Below are positions 1 through 12,681 of a stretch of DNA of 64,000 nt, piece after piece. The position numbers were made by a program, and so were the translations under genes. Below the pieces are notes generated by a model that was given only the letters and a program-made list of their open reading frames with translations, searched no databases and was not told where the DNA came from. The DNA is from Rebecca billardiae RCC1528 (taxonomy: Eukaryota > Protista > Haptophyta): contig OZ251230.1 of the NCBI GenBank assembly GCA_965240325.2, positions 1,240,001-1,304,000 of the forward strand, given 5' to 3'. Each line of letters starts with the position of its first letter. Position 1 is the first letter of the stretch.

Positions 1-749
1 GCCGCTGGGCGCCAGTATGGCGCTTGGCACGCGGTCGCACGCACCCCTCACCGCCGGCCCCGGCCAGGGGTTTGGATCACAGGCCAACACAAGCGCCGTA
101 GTAGCATACTAGTTTTCATTGGCCAGGCACATGCAGCCCGCCGCCGCCGAACAGCTGGCTGATGGCACCGCCTGCCGCAGGGCGCACGCCGACCGCGGTG
201 CGACTCGTGCACACTACACGCACGTTCTGCCACAGTGGCGCCGCACTCGGCACCACGGCCTGCAGCAGCTTGATGATGCCCGAGCACGCAGAACCGGGGA
301 CGGCATGAACACGGCGCGGCGCACTCGCCTCTCGGGTGTCTGATCGGAGTACAGTATGTATCGGACGATCAGCATGTAGTGGCGGCAGCAGCCTGCCGGC
401 AGCAGGTGGACGCCACCGTGCGCATCCATCATCCATGATGATGGCCGGCGCCCATCAACCATCTGGTGGCCCTTGGCGCTGGCCATCCTTGGCCTTCCGG
501 AGCTTCTAGTCTACTGGCGGCCCGGCCTGAGTCAAGTGCCTGAGTGGCCTGACTGGCGGCGGCTGACGACCGGGCGGCCGGCCCGCGCCGCCGCTTTTGC
601 GCCTTGCCCGCGCTAGGCCTAGGACTAGGACAAGGAGTGGACTGGTCGCATGTGGTGATCGATGATCCTGGCCCACCGCCCTTTGAATAAGCACTGCGAT
701 AGCAGATGTGAGATGAGCCAGATCAGGCAGATGCCGATGCCATCAATAT

Positions 750-2284
750 TCATGGCATCGGGCTCGGCGGCGGCGACCGAGGGCCGCGGCCGCTCGTGAT
801 GCCGCGATCGTCATTGATGGAGCTCCCCATCCCGCCCTGGGCCGGCGGCGCTCTGAGACTGCCAGAGCAGCTCCCGACACCACCGACGTTACGACCAGCA
901 CTCGTCAAGTCATCACCATCAGCCGCCGCCGCGGGGTCAACCCACAGCGGCGTGTACGCAGCGACGTGCTCTTCTAGCGAGACCACGTCCCCCGCCGAGG
1001 CGGCGCTGATGTAACGGTCGATGCCGGCCTGCACCACGTCGAGCCGACGCACCGAGATCTGGAAGAGGCCGGAAAGCGGCAGGCCCATCTCCGCGAGGAA
1101 GTTGAACACCGCGGCGAGCAGGCCGCAGAGGACCGCAAAGGTGGTGCGCACCGCTGCGACGGGAGAGAACGCGGGGTGGCACGGTGGTGCAGTCAGCGTG
1201 GGTCCACAGCGCGGCGGAGCGCGGGCGCGGCCGCGTGCTTCTCGGCGAGGCACGCGCGGCGCACCGAGCGTACGCCCGAGCTCGAGGCCGGTCTCGCCGC
1301 TCAGACTCAGCAGTAGCAGCAGTGCCAGTGGCAGGCAGGCGCCCAGGAGGGCCATCAGCGCCCAGTGCGCGAACGGAAAGGTGTGCTCCAGGTTGGCGGA
1401 GCGCGAGGCGCGCAGCTGCGCCGTCGAGACGACCAGGTCCCACGCGCGGAAGTGCGAGTCCTGCGCGTGGGCGGCGCGCGCGCGCAGCACCGGCGCCACG
1501 CGGCATCAGCCGCACGAGCGCGCGCGGGGCCATGCTCCTGCGACCGCACGCGTGCAGCGCGTGCCTTTGCCACATTCGGGCTGAAGTTGAAGGCGGCGGT
1601 GGTGAGCTCGCGGTCGCTGACGGCGGCGAGTGCGGCCTGCACGCGCAGCAAGCAGCCGCGCTGCCCATCGAATGCAGCGAGCACGCGCTCGTCCCGCGCG
1701 TCCGGCACGCCGAGCTGCATGCGCAAATGATCGAGATACGATCTGAGCGCGCGCTCTGATTCGAGCAGGCGCGCTGGGTCGTGCATGAACGTCTTCGCGA
1801 GGATGTGCGAGAGCGCGTCGATGCACGCCACCTCGCGGTACAACACATCGCGCACGTTGAGCTGCCGCTGCCGCAGCACATTCGCCGTCATCGAGACGAG
1901 CGTGCCAAACACGATCGAGATCGCGCCTAGCAACACGCCGAGGAGAGCGTCCGACGCGGGTGCGCGCTCGAGCGAGCCGAGAGAGAAGGGCTGCACCGCA
2001 CCGGCGAGGAGAACGGGCAGCGAGAGGAAGGCGACGGCGCCCGTCACCGCGATGAGCGCGAGCGTGCGCGTCACGGATGCCGCAGCTAGTGCGGGCGGTG
2101 GCGGCGGCGCGCGGGGCTCGCGCAGCTCTGGCGACGATGTAGCGCACGTCCCCGCTGAGCGCGTGACGCGCGCACCGCCGCGTAGCACGGCCACGGGTCG
2201 CGGCCCGAGCGTAGCCCGCGGAAGCATCGCTGCGTGCGCCACCCCCGCGAGCGCGAGCGTGAGGAGCATCCTTTGGCGCCACAT
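750..2284 (-). CDS. Membrane protein, DUF4239/bestrophin-like, with N-terminal signal peptide; 3 exons (2284-1565, 1460-1274, 1153-750)
   Basis: ORFs 1355-2323 and 750-1499 join in frame through a GC-AG intron (1564-1461) and a GT-AG intron (1273-1154). Signal peptide MLLTLALAGVAHAA. TM segments (LLGVLLGAISIVFGTLVSMT; HWALMALLGACLPLALLLL; FAVLCGLLAAVFNFL) with the LRQRQ..R..LY.EV and P.SG.FQI motifs typical of the family. Confidence 0.65.
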
Positions 2285-2926
2285 CGGTCGCGCGCCGCAG
2301 CGGCGCCTGCAAGCGGTCGGCACCCCAAAGAGCCCGGACCGTCCACAATAATATGCGTCTGCGCGGGCGGGCCAGCCGGGCGGCCGGGCGGGGCCTGCTG
2401 CGCACCAGGCCGGGCGAGGCCGAGGACCGAGCCGGAGGGCGTCAGTGCGAGGCCGAGGTCCGCGACGACGTCACCCCCAGCAGCAACATCACGTTCAACA
2501 ATCAATCAACTTTGTCGCGCGCAGCCTCGACACCGCAGCAGCATTCCATAAGGCAAGCCCGGCGGCCCGGCCCGGACCGTTGCTGGGCACTGGCGCACTG
2601 CCACTGGCTGAGCGGGCGCCTGCCGGCTGGGCCCGGTGCACGGGCCTCGCGACCACGCCCACCGGCACCGTCGGGGCCACACTGCCACTGGCCCAAACTC
2701 CACGTACGGGACTCGGCGCCGCCACTTGAATCTTCGACTTCGGCCCTGAGCGAGTCCTGTCCGCACGCCATGCCAGTCCGACGGTTGGCTCTGTCACACC
2801 CGACACCGGGTACTCCGTCACCACTCACCACTCACCGTGCGGCATTCGGCCTGATGGCGTGCGATGAAGGATGGCGCGGCAACCTGCCACCGTGAGCCTT
2901 ACGCACCGTTAAAACAAATAAACGGT

Positions 2927-2986
2927 AATCTCGCCTGCCTGAGCTGTGTGCGTCTCTTATTATAATAATTCTTCAGTAAACTGTAG
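2927..2986 (+). repeat. Partial copy of a dispersed ~100-bp repeat (possible DNA-transposon terminus)
   Basis: aatctcgcctgcctgagctgtgtgcgtctcttatt...agtaaactgta matches the copies at 3166, 24060 and 32173. Confidence 0.8.
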
Positions 2987-3165
2987 CCGGTATAGTAGTA
3001 TCGATCGGCATAGTATCGCGGCGTCCGAGCTCGGACGGATAAGTGATAGATCCGAGATCGGCGACAGCTGCGGACAAGACACATGTGGCGGACGGGCGCT
3101 GGCGCGCCGCGAGGCGGCCGCAGCCCTCGTCCAGGCCTCGCAGGCGGACGGCTGAACGAATTTTT

Positions 3166-3268
3166 CCGGCGGCGCTACCATCGGCGACGGCTTCATGGGC
3201 GGTGACAGTTGGCGGGCGTCAATCTCGCCTGCCTGAGCTGTGTGCGTCTCTTATTCTTAGTAAACTGA
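3166..3268 (+). repeat. Dispersed ~100-bp repeat, copy 2
   Basis: ggcgctaccatcggcgacggcttcatgggcggtgacagttggcgggcgtcaatctcgcctgcctgagctgtgtgcgtctcttattcttagtaaactg, near-identical to 24060-24149 and 32173-32379. Confidence 0.9.
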
Positions 3269-4174
3269 AGTGCCGGGTGGGCGCGACGAGGACGAGTACT
3301 CTGATTCTGATTTATTGATTCTGAAAGTCTGACAACGATAACCGTGGTATTAGCAGAGTATCGGCCTGGCTCCGATCAGCCATCAGTCAATAGTCATCCG
3401 ACTCATCTGTGAGTCATCAGTCATCAGGCGGCGCGCGAGAACAGTTATTGATGTGCCAGGCACTTGATAATTCATATATATATATGCGGGTCCGGGATAG
3501 GCACTGGCACCCTCTTTCTCCAGCCGGCCGCCGGCTGCATCGCCTCGGGGGGCGATGCAGCAGGTGGACGCCGCTGCACCCATCTGGCCCTTGGCGCTGG
3601 CCTCCTCCGTGCCCTTCGCTCCACCCTAGGTGGAGCAGGGGGTGCGGGGTGTGACGCGCCCAGGGGCCAGGTTCCCCAGCATCAAGCACTGCATCTGCAG
3701 CAGCCCGCCGGCGGGCTGGGCTGCGACATCGACTACCACCTCATCTGCTTCATCGCCCAGAGCGCGCTAGGCGGCGCGCTCACTCTCCAAGCCCCTCTTC
3801 TGCAGCTGCGCGCCGCTTGGCCGGCGCGCGGCGACGCGTACTACGACCTCATCCTCATCCAGGCGCCCACGCGGGCGCACGGGGGCGACAGCCGCGGCTG
3901 CCGCTTGCCGGAGCTGCTCGCCGCTAGGTCGGCGGGCGGCGACATCGACTACGACCTCACCCTCATCCAAGTGCTCCGGAAGGCGCTCGGCCGCGGCGGC
4001 ATCTGCCGTCGCCGCCGCGTGCCCCAGGCCGAGGCGGTGCTCCATCCCGGCCCCGCTCCCGTAGGGGGGCAGGGCTGCGGGTGGCGCACTGTCTGACCTG
4101 GACGGAAGGCGCGGACGCATTCTATGTGTCTGTTGCACTCTGAGCCTGACGCTTGTCCGATGCTGCCACGTCGT

Positions 4175-4281
<107 letters not shown>

Positions 4282-4442
4282 CTTACGGCTGCCGTGTCAC
4301 CGACTGGACTCGGACTCCGTCACTCGGTCACTCGGTCGAGCCGGGTCGAGGAGATCGGACGACGACGCGCGGACTCGTAGCAGCAGATACGGATAGATCA
4401 TGATCTAATTACTATTAGTCGGCCTGTCACTGTGATATATCC

Positions 4443-4484
4443 GAGAGAGAGAGAGAGAGAGAGACTAGAGAGAGAGAGAGAGAG

Positions 4485-4527
<43 letters not shown>
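4443..4527. repeat. Interrupted (GA)n microsatellite
   Basis: Directly visible. Confidence 0.95.
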
Positions 4528-4528
<1 letters not shown>

Positions 4529-4966
4529 AGTATCATATATGGGGGTAGTGTGCTGATGATGTAGTGGACACCGGCCCGTCCGGCCGTCCGGCCGTTTAGG
4601 GCGCCAGTTCAGAACTGAGTGAGTTCAGATCGCTGGTCGCACAGCGCCTCGGCGGCTGCGTACACGGCCCGGCCGACTCGGCGCGCCATGCCGGCTTGAT
4701 GAGCCGTCGTCATTCCCGCCCGGTCGTGAGCCCCTGTTAGCACCCATGGCAACTTCGCGCCACCGACTCCAGGGGCGTCCTGGGAAACGGCTGACGCCGG
4801 GGCTGAGGCTGGGGCTGGGCGTGGGCTGCACGGCTGCGGCGGCGCCCGATGCGCGCGGCCGCGGTGATGCCGTCGTGTGCGGAGAGCGCGCATCGCGAGC
4901 ACAGCCTAAACGCCCCTGGCCGAGGGAGGGATGCCCCACGCCACCGAAGCCATGCACACGCGGCAG

Positions 4967-5557
4967 TCATCCAGCCGCCAATGGGTTTGCGGGGTTGGTG
5001 GCTGACACCCACTTGGGCGGGCTTGCAGTGCTGCCCAGCGCCGCTGCTGACACGGACTCCTCCACGTGCGGCCCGTGCAAGACCCGGAGCACGGCCTTCC
5101 GCGGATAGACGCGGGAGCACTTGATGAAGCGCGTCGAGCGCTCCATCTCCACAACGCGCACCTTGATGACGTCACCCTCCTGCAGCTGGCCGCCGCCCTG
5201 AGGCCGCGCGAGCAGCACGCCAAGCGGCGCGTCGCGTCTGCGCAGCTCGTCGAGCTCCTGTGCCACCGCTGCGTGCTCGGGTGTGTCCGGATCGAGCTGC
5301 GCGAGGTTGGTCTCGAGGTACTCGATCGCGCTCTGCTTGGTTTCCTCGAAGAGGCGCTGCCGACTGTCAATGTCGTCTGTCGGAACCTCGAATGCATCAA
5401 ACTGGAACGCTCCACGCGGGGCGGCAGAGGTGGACTGCGCCGCGCGCCAGGCGGCATCGGCGCTACGTGGCTCCCTGAGTCGGCCGCGGATGAGCCGCTC
5501 CGATCCTGAGTGCACGTAGCGCGCGGCCCCAGCACCCACCCGCGAAAGCGCCATCAT
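4967..5557 (-). CDS. Protein with a C-terminal S1/OB-like RNA-binding segment, probably organelle (mitochondrion)-targeted
   Basis: Arg-rich presequence MMALSRVGAGAARYVHSG. The motif LQEGDVIKVRVVEMERSTRFIKCS resembles the S1-domain consensus (l.vGd.v.vkV..id....rI.lS). Confidence 0.55.
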   Translation of the reverse strand: MMALSRVGAGAARYVHSGSERLIRGRLREPRSADAAWRAAQSTSAAPRGAFQFDAFEVPTDDIDSRQRLFEETKQSAIEYLETNLAQLDPDTPEHAAVAQELDELRRRDAPLGVLLARPQGGGQLQEGDVIKVRVVEMERSTRFIKCSRVYPRKAVLRVLHGPHVEESVSAAALGSTASPPKWVSATNPANPLAAG

Positions 5558-5714
5558 TCCGAACGCGTGGCGTTGTCCTCGTCGGGAGTGTGGCTTTGCT
5601 GGGTGCGGTGAGTTGAGTTGAGTCCGGTGCTTTCGTAGTGGATGCCGTCCGGTCGGCAATCGCCGACCGGCTGGCGGTCGTCGCCGAGGCGAGCGTGGAG
5701 TCGTGGACGAGGTG

Positions 5715-8042
5715 ATGACGGCGGCCACATCCATGCGCACACGCCGCTGGCTCGGCGCGCTCATGGCCCTGGTCGTCGCTGTCACGGCGTCAGACAACAG
5801 CGGACACACAACGTCCCCAGCCGCCTCGGCAGTGCCCACGGCCGAGTCGGCCCACTCGCATTCTCGTCTCACGGACGAGGCGTCAAAGGTGCGCCAGTCC
5901 AAGTTCTGGAAGTGGGACGACGGGCGGGAGCCCGTGCGCTCGAAGATCGACACCGACGACCTCAACTTCCCGCCTGGCTTCCTCTGGGGCACGGCGACCG
6001 CCGCGCACCAGGTCGAGGGCGGGTGCACAAACAACAACTGGGCGCGGTGGGAGGAGGGCACAGATGAGTCGGGCGCGCCCCGCCGGCGCGCCGGTGCGGC
6101 ATGCGAGCACTGGGAGCGCTTCCGCGAGGACATCGCGCTGATGCAGCACCTCGGCGTCAACTCGTACCGCTTCAGCATCGAGTGGTCCAAGATCGAGCCG
6201 CAGCCCGGCGTGTACGACGCGGCGGCGATCGCTCACTACCACGAGCTGATTGACGCGCTCGCGGAGGCGGGCATCGTGCCGATGATCACGCTGTTCCATT
6301 TCTCGCTGCCCGCGTGGTTCGAGGAGCGCGGCGGGTTCGAGCAGGCGACGAACGTGCCCGCCTTCGTCGCCTTCGCGCAGCGCGCCTTCGCCGAGTACGG
6401 CCCCAAGTGCCAGCTGTGGTGCACGGTCAATGAGCCCGAGGTCTACGTCGAGGGCGGCTGGTCGTCCGGAAAGTTCCCGCCCGCGAAGAAGGACGCGAAG
6501 CTGGCGGCGGTGGTGCTGCGCAACGTGCTCGACGCGCACACGGAGGCGTACCTGGCGCTCAAGGCGATGCCGGGCGGCTCGAGTGCGCAGATCGGCATCG
6601 TCAAGGACGTCTTCCAGGTGCGGCGAAACGCGGCGGCGCGCGCCGACGCGCGGCGAAACGATGCGACGCGGCTGTGCGCGCGCGTGCGGCGCAGGCACGC
6701 GCATGGCGTGGGCCGGCGTGAGCCAGCCCTCACGCGCGAGTGTGGGTGCGCGCGCGCGCGCTCGATCCGGCGCCCTCGCAGTTCGAGCCCCTCTCCTCGC
6801 TCAACCCGCTCGACGCGGCCGCCGCGGCGATCGTCGACGGCATGATGAACGAGTCCATCCTGCGCTACCTGCGCACCGGACAGTTTTGGTTCTGGATCCC
6901 GGGCTCGGCGCGGCTGAGCGCGGAGAACCCAAAGGCGGCGGGCGCGTTCGACTTCATCGGGCTGAACTACTACTCGCACTTCCACGTGCAGTGCACGCCG
7001 ACGGGCGCGCAGGGCCCGTTCGAGCTCCGCCACCTGCCGCGCGAGGAGGCGCTGATGACGGACATGAACCACCCGGTCTACCCGGAGGGACTGTACCACG
7101 CGCTCAGGCGTGTCGCCAAGCTGGGCAAGCCTGTCTTCGTGGTGCGCGCAAGCGCGAGCGCAAGCGCAGCGGCGGCCGCGGGGCGCGGGGCGGGTGCGCT
7201 TCGGCCGTGACGAGCGAGCGCACGGCCGCGTGCAGGGCCGGGATCTCACCAGCACTCGAGCGAGACCGCGCGTGCGTGCCGCCGCGCGCCTTTCACACAC
7301 CCTTGCCCCTCCCTCCGCGCGGCGCGCGCCACGCCGTGCGCCCAGACGGAGAACGGCATCGCAGATGGGAACGACGACCGCCGCCAGCTGTACCTCCGCC
7401 GCTATCTGTACGCCCTCTCGGCCGCGATCGCTGACGGTGTGGACGTGCGCGGGTACTACCACTGGACGCTCCTGGTGCGCGCGCGCGCTCGCGCTTGCTG
7501 CACGGTCCGCGTGCGCCCCGGGCCACGCGGTGTGCGCGGGTAGGTCTCGGCTCAGCGCGCACCGCGGCCAGCCGCGGCAGGGCGAGCAGCCGTCACGCTG
7601 CTCATCTCGCGGCGCGCGCGCGCACGCGTGTGCGCCCTCGCGCGCCGATGGTGAGCAGGACAACTACGAGTGGAACCACGGGTACGAGATGAAGTTTGGG
7701 CTGTTCGAGTGCGACCGGGCCACGCAGCGGCGCACCATGCGCCCCAGCGCGGAGTACTTCCGCTCGGTGATCTCGCGCTTCTGCCCGCCTGCTGAGATGG
7801 AGGGGGCGTCGGCCTACGCCCCGGGGGGCTCGGGCGCGGGGCTGCTCGGGGCCGCGTCGGGCGCGGGGTCCGAGCGTGCGGCGCCCTCGCCAGCTGACTC
7901 GGTGGATGCTGCGGTGGCTCAGCCCGCCGGCGGCCGTGCGGACGATGGCGCTGCCAACGACCAGCCTGGCGCAGCAGCTGGCAGCACTCCTGCAGGCGGT
8001 GGTGCCAGCGCATCGCCTGACTCTGCAGGAGGCGACTCATGA
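5715..8042 (+). CDS. Glycoside hydrolase family 1 beta-glucosidase, secreted; 4 exons (5715-6617, 6782-7141, 7346-7474, 7659-8042)
   Basis: GH1 motifs FPPGFLWGTATAAHQVEG, YRFSIEWSKIEP, TLFHF, catalytic TVNEP, IGLNYYS, nucleophile V|TENG and WTLL|DNYEW..GY..KFGL. GT-AG introns restore the frame. Confidence 0.95.
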
Positions 8043-8994
8043 CTCCCTTGGCGGGGAGGCATTGCTGCACTATGTAGACAGTGGATCGACAATCATCGAC
8101 ATCACTTTGGCGTGTGCCTCCGCGGCTCATGCGCGATCGCGGCAGCGCCATCGGCCATGCACGCAACACTGGTTACATGCTGCGCACGCGCGCCTGCAGC
8201 GATGATAAGCTAGTACCGCCGTAATAACATATATCGTACTACGATGACTCGATCGTCGCGCGGTAGTATATAACACGGTCAACACGCGCCGCCAGATTTA
8301 TTTAAAAAATAAATAATTACACGCGCATCCGGACTACCTGTCCACTTGAGTCGATGACGACGACTGATGTGAGTCTTGTCTCTTGACTCATCACTCTCGT
8401 CGGCGTCGACCGGACGCCCCGTCGCAGCGTCGGCGGACTGTGTCTGTTACCATCTCGGCTGGCCGCGGCTGGCGGACGACGACATTTAAGCGCGCGCAGT
8501 CATTTGATGCGTTTAATTGCGATCATCATCATCAATATATTATCAGCAGACGCGATACTATCGTCGGGATCGATCGGCTGATGTCGATGACACGACGTAA
8601 CTATATAGTTACAGTACACTGATGATGGGGATTGCAGTATTTGCAGTGGCGGTAGTCTGGAGAGTGGAGCGGCGCGCCCGTCGTCAGCGGCCCGCCCGCC
8701 GTTAGCCCGTCGTTACATATAGCTCCCGTTACAAGCGCGCGCTACTTCTCACCGTTGAAACATTAACGTCTACTCCTGAGGGCCGGCCGGCGCAGTATTC
8801 CGGGTAGTCCGATCGGGATAATAATGACGACGATGAACTGATGACGACGAGTGTCGCGCGTAATTATATAGTAGCAGGGCGGACGATTAGCAGGGACGAC
8901 ATACACGACGATAGATCATTGGCGGCCGGGATTCGCGGATGCGAGCTGGCCATTCGCCCATTCGAGCCGCCGCCGGCGGCCGCGTAGCCCACGA

Positions 8995-11513
8995 CTACAC
9001 ATTCAGAAGCGGGAATCGCCGCCCGTCCGCTTCGAGCGTGCCGTTCAGGGCTTCATCCAGCCACCAGCTGCCCAAGAAGGTAAGGCGGCCAGCGTGGGCC
9101 TCAGAGTGAGCCGGGTCATCGGCTGCCTGCGCAGTGGCAGCGGGGATGAGGCTTCCGAGCGCGCTGCCTCCAGCGCCGCCGCCCGCTCCGGCGCCCGCAC
9201 CCGCGCCCGTGCACGCGGCCGCGGCAGCCGCGATCGACGCCAGCACCTCTGCCGCGGGCGGCGCGTCCATCAGAAGTCGGAAGTGCCCCTGTGCCGTGCG
9301 GCCGACGACGGTGCCCTCGTCGCCCTCGCGCGCGAGCGGAGCGTTGCCCATCGTCAGCTTGACGCGCGCGCCCGTGTGCAGCCGCACGGTGGTGCGTGCG
9401 CCGGCGCGCGCGTCGCCGTTGGCTGCGTCGATTGGCAGCTCCCACGCGCACGCGCCGTCATCGTGCGCAAGCGGGGGTCGCACGGGCGCCGGCGTGACGC
9501 CGAGCTCTGCCGCGAGGCGCGCGCACACCTCGTCGCACGTGGCGAACAGGCGCAGCGCGGCGACGCCGTCCAGCCGCGTCTGCTGCAGCGAGACGATCAC
9601 CGCGCCCAGCGGCTCGGGTCTGAAGCCCTCGTCGAGCGCGCGCCCGCCGACGGCCGAGACGACGCGATCGGCGGAGAGGCCGGAGAGCGAGGTGCCGAAC
9701 GCGATCACGAGGTCACACCGCTCGCACAGCTCGTGCAGCCGCTCGCACCCGTCCTGCCGCAGCCCGCCGCTCATCGGCACCACCGGATTGGTCGGGTCGA
9801 ACCAGCTGATGGCGCCGACAGCCGGACGGAGCGGAGCGCAGCCGTGGCGGGCCGGCGGGGCGGGCACAGCACGTCGGGACGGGGCAGCCAGCAGGCGCGG
9901 GCGCGTCAGAGAGAGGGGCGCCGATGCGCGGCGCGCGCTCGGGCGGCGCGCGGCCGGCCGCATCTTTCGCAGCCGAGTGCGAGCAGCGCCGCACGGCGCA
10001 ACGGCGCAGCGCCGCACACGGCGCAACGGCGCAGCGGTGCGCGTGGCACGCACGAGCCGTGAATCTCGACGAGCTTCGCCTGCGCGACGCCCGCCTTCTG
10101 GGCGAGGCCGTCGTGGTTCTGCTGCACCCACGCGCTCACGTGCCCCGCGCCAACCAGCGCGGCGAGCGCGCGGTGCGCGAGCGTCGGCTCCGCCTCCACC
10201 GCCTCCAGGGGCTCGAACGGCGTGCCAGACACGAAGCCGCCACCTCGGGCGGCGAGCGCGGCCGAGGGCGGGGCGGAGCCGTGAGAAGCCGAGGCGGCGA
10301 TGGCAGCGGCGGCCGGCGCGATCGCTGGCGCGGGCCGCGCGCCCAAGGGCGGCAGCGCGCGCTCGGCGGGGCGCCTCCGCGACTCGAGGGCCAGGGCGGA
10401 CGGCGCAGAGCCAGTCGCCGCCGGCGTGCGCGCGCGCGCGCGGCTGTGTGCGCCGCCGTTGCTGCCGCGCCCACCGCGTGCAGCGCGCGCGGCCGATGCG
10501 GGGGGCACCCTTGGCTTGCGCGGCGGCAACGGGCGGAGCCCGCCCGCTGGCACGGCGATGTTGCCCTCGCTCGCCGCCCGCCGTCGCGTGCCAGGCGCCG
10601 GGGTGTGCGAGACGCCGTGGCGAGACCCCAGCGCCGCCGCCAGCCCCTCCGACGCGACCGCCGCGCCAAAGCGGACGCTGGGCGGTGGAGCAGCGGTGTC
10701 CGTGCCGGCGGCTGCGCCCGCTGCAGCGGCCGTCGGCGAGGCGCCGGCGCGGGCGGACGTGCCGGTGACGCTCGTGCCTGCCGCTCTGCTGGCGAAGTCG
10801 CGGATCCCGGCGGAGGTCGAGATGCCCGCGCCCGTGTACACGGCGACGCGCGTCGCGCGCCGCACCATGTCCGCGAGCATGCGCACCTTGGCGCCCAGCA
10901 CTGCAGGCTCATCCGCGTACTCGCTGGCGCGGATCTCGGTGCGGCCCGGCCGCGCGAGCTCGTCCGAGGGCGCGCTCAGCGTCGGCGCCGCCCACGACGC
11001 GTCGCCGGCGCCGCCGTGCGCGGGCACGCCCCCCGCGGTGGGCGGACCGCTCGGCGCATAGCCCATGCCCTCCTCGCGCAGCGCGTCGCGGAGTCGCGTG
11101 CAGAAGCTGCGGTGCGCCTGGTCGAACCGGTCGCGCAGCGCGTCCCAGCGCTCAAAGAGCGAGTTCATCGCCGCGACAGTGTGCTCGATCGACTCGATGC
11201 GCGCGTCGACCCGGGCTGACACGGCCGAGAGGTCGTCGACGGTCGTGTGCAGCGCGCGCAGCATCTCCCCAGTGTCGATACTCGATGACGCTGAGAAGGT
11301 GGGGGCCGAGGCGCGCCTCCCAGCCGCCGCGTCTGCGGCCGCGTCCGCCTTCGAAGCCGGGCCACGGCAGAGCGGGCACGTCCGACGGCCGACACCGGAG
11401 CGATGCTGCGCCTCGTGCCACTCGGAGATGCACGACGTGCAGAAAGCGTGGCCGCAGAGGAGCTCGCGCGCCTCTGCGGCGATGGAGCCGAGGCAGATCG
11501 GGCAGGTCTGCAT
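8995..11513 (-). CDS. RING finger-sirtuin (Sir2 family) fusion protein; 2 exons (11513-10054, 9805-8995)
   Basis: N-terminal C3HC4 RING (CPIC..CGHAFCTSC..CPLC). Sirtuin motifs YTGAGISTSAGIRDF, EPTLAHRAL, QQNHDGLAQKAG, EIHGS|WFDP, DLVIAFGTSLSG and VIVSLQQTRLD. Intron 10053-9806 is GT-AG. Confidence 0.9.
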
Positions 11514-11792
11514 GTGGGCGGCGCGAGCAGGAGACAGCGGCGCGGTGTGCGGGTTGCGCTTCGCGGACGCGACCGACGGCGGCACGAGAAGGATTATTGA
11601 TTTGCCTTTGGCCGTCGTCCGGCCGTCCGGCCGGGGGGGACTCCTGCTGCTTCGTCAACGACTTCGAGCGTTGTTTGCCGACTGACTGATGCCAGTGATG
11701 TCAGACGTGTCTAAGTCGTCCGACGTCGGACACTTCACGAGTCCACTGCGCATGCCAATGATACGCGGTACCATCACTCATCAGTCATGTCA

Positions 11793-12431
11793 TCATGCAT
11801 CGTGCCCATACATCAATCGCGAGCACACCACGGCCGTGTACAGCCGACCAACGTGCGTGTACGCTCTCGGGATCGTGGCAAAGACCACGCGCGGCTCCGC
11901 TTGTTGAGCCGCACCCGCTGAGCTGGCGCGCGGTTTGCAGGGGGCTGTGGGCGGGGTGGGCAGGAAATCCGCCTCGAGCGCGACAGGAAGATCAGCCTCC
12001 TCGTGGTCGTCGTCCATGACTTCCGTGTCGTCTTCATCCTCGCCAATGCCCGTGTTGCAGTCCAGTCGTGCGTCATCGCTCAAAATGATGTCGATGTCAT
12101 CTTCGCTGCATGATCTGGTGGCCGTAGGGGTCGACAGCCACAGAAGAGCGTCAAGGCTACCGAGTGCGCCGGATTTGGCGCACGGCGTCGCGTACGGCTC
12201 GTCAAAACGCGGGGTCTCGAAGCCCGGCGGGGTGAGCGGACTGGCAGAGCCGCAGCATGCGCGAGCGCTGTGCCGCCGACGCCGAGCACAGAGCCGCCGC
12301 AGCAGCGCCTCGTTGCGGAGGGTGTCTGCACGAGCGGTGCACAGCAGCGCGCGCTTCTCCGTCGCCTTGCAGCTCTGGAGGTGGATCCGATCGCACGCGT
12401 GGCGCGTCGGTCGGTGTGGGCGTGTACGCAT
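11793..12431 (-). CDS. Hypothetical protein with an acidic tract
   Basis: Open frame divergent from Dus1, with the acidic stretch EDEDDTEVMDDDHEE. No recognisable domain. Confidence 0.35.
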   Translation of the reverse strand: MRTRPHRPTRHACDRIHLQSCKATEKRALLCTARADTLRNEALLRRLCARRRRHSARACCGSASPLTPPGFETPRFDEPYATPCAKSGALGSLDALLWLSTPTATRSCSEDDIDIILSDDARLDCNTGIGEDEDDTEVMDDDHEEADLPVALEADFLPTPPTAPCKPRASSAGAAQQAEPRVVFATIPRAYTHVGRLYTAVVCSRLMYGHDA

Positions 12432-12681
12432 CGCACTCTCCGGCGGACGTCGCACGGTCAAGGTGGTGCCTGGAAATGTCTGGCTGAGTCGCGCGTTGGG
12501 AGTCGCATACTTTCGGCACCCCGACCAACGGGCAGCCCGAAACCAGCACGGCTCCAGTAGCCTAAACACCGGCTAAAGCGGATGAGGACTTTTCACTTGC
12601 GTCCCTTCTTCCGTCCGGCCGGTCGTACTCAAGTGTGGTCCCGGAATCACCGCAATTCGCCGGACTCGCTTGATCAGCCTC

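Noticed and set aside
3166-3268. Dispersed repeat as a spliceosomal snRNA or spliced-leader gene
   Set aside because: No match to the U1, U2, U4, U5 or U6 sequences I recognise, no clear Sm site, and the copies are truncated or TE-interrupted.
11610-11640. Recurrent cgtccggccgg / ggccggccg motif near gene ends (also ~4575, 12612, 14110, 21503)
   Set aside because: It could be regulatory, but at this GC content it cannot be distinguished from background without statistics.
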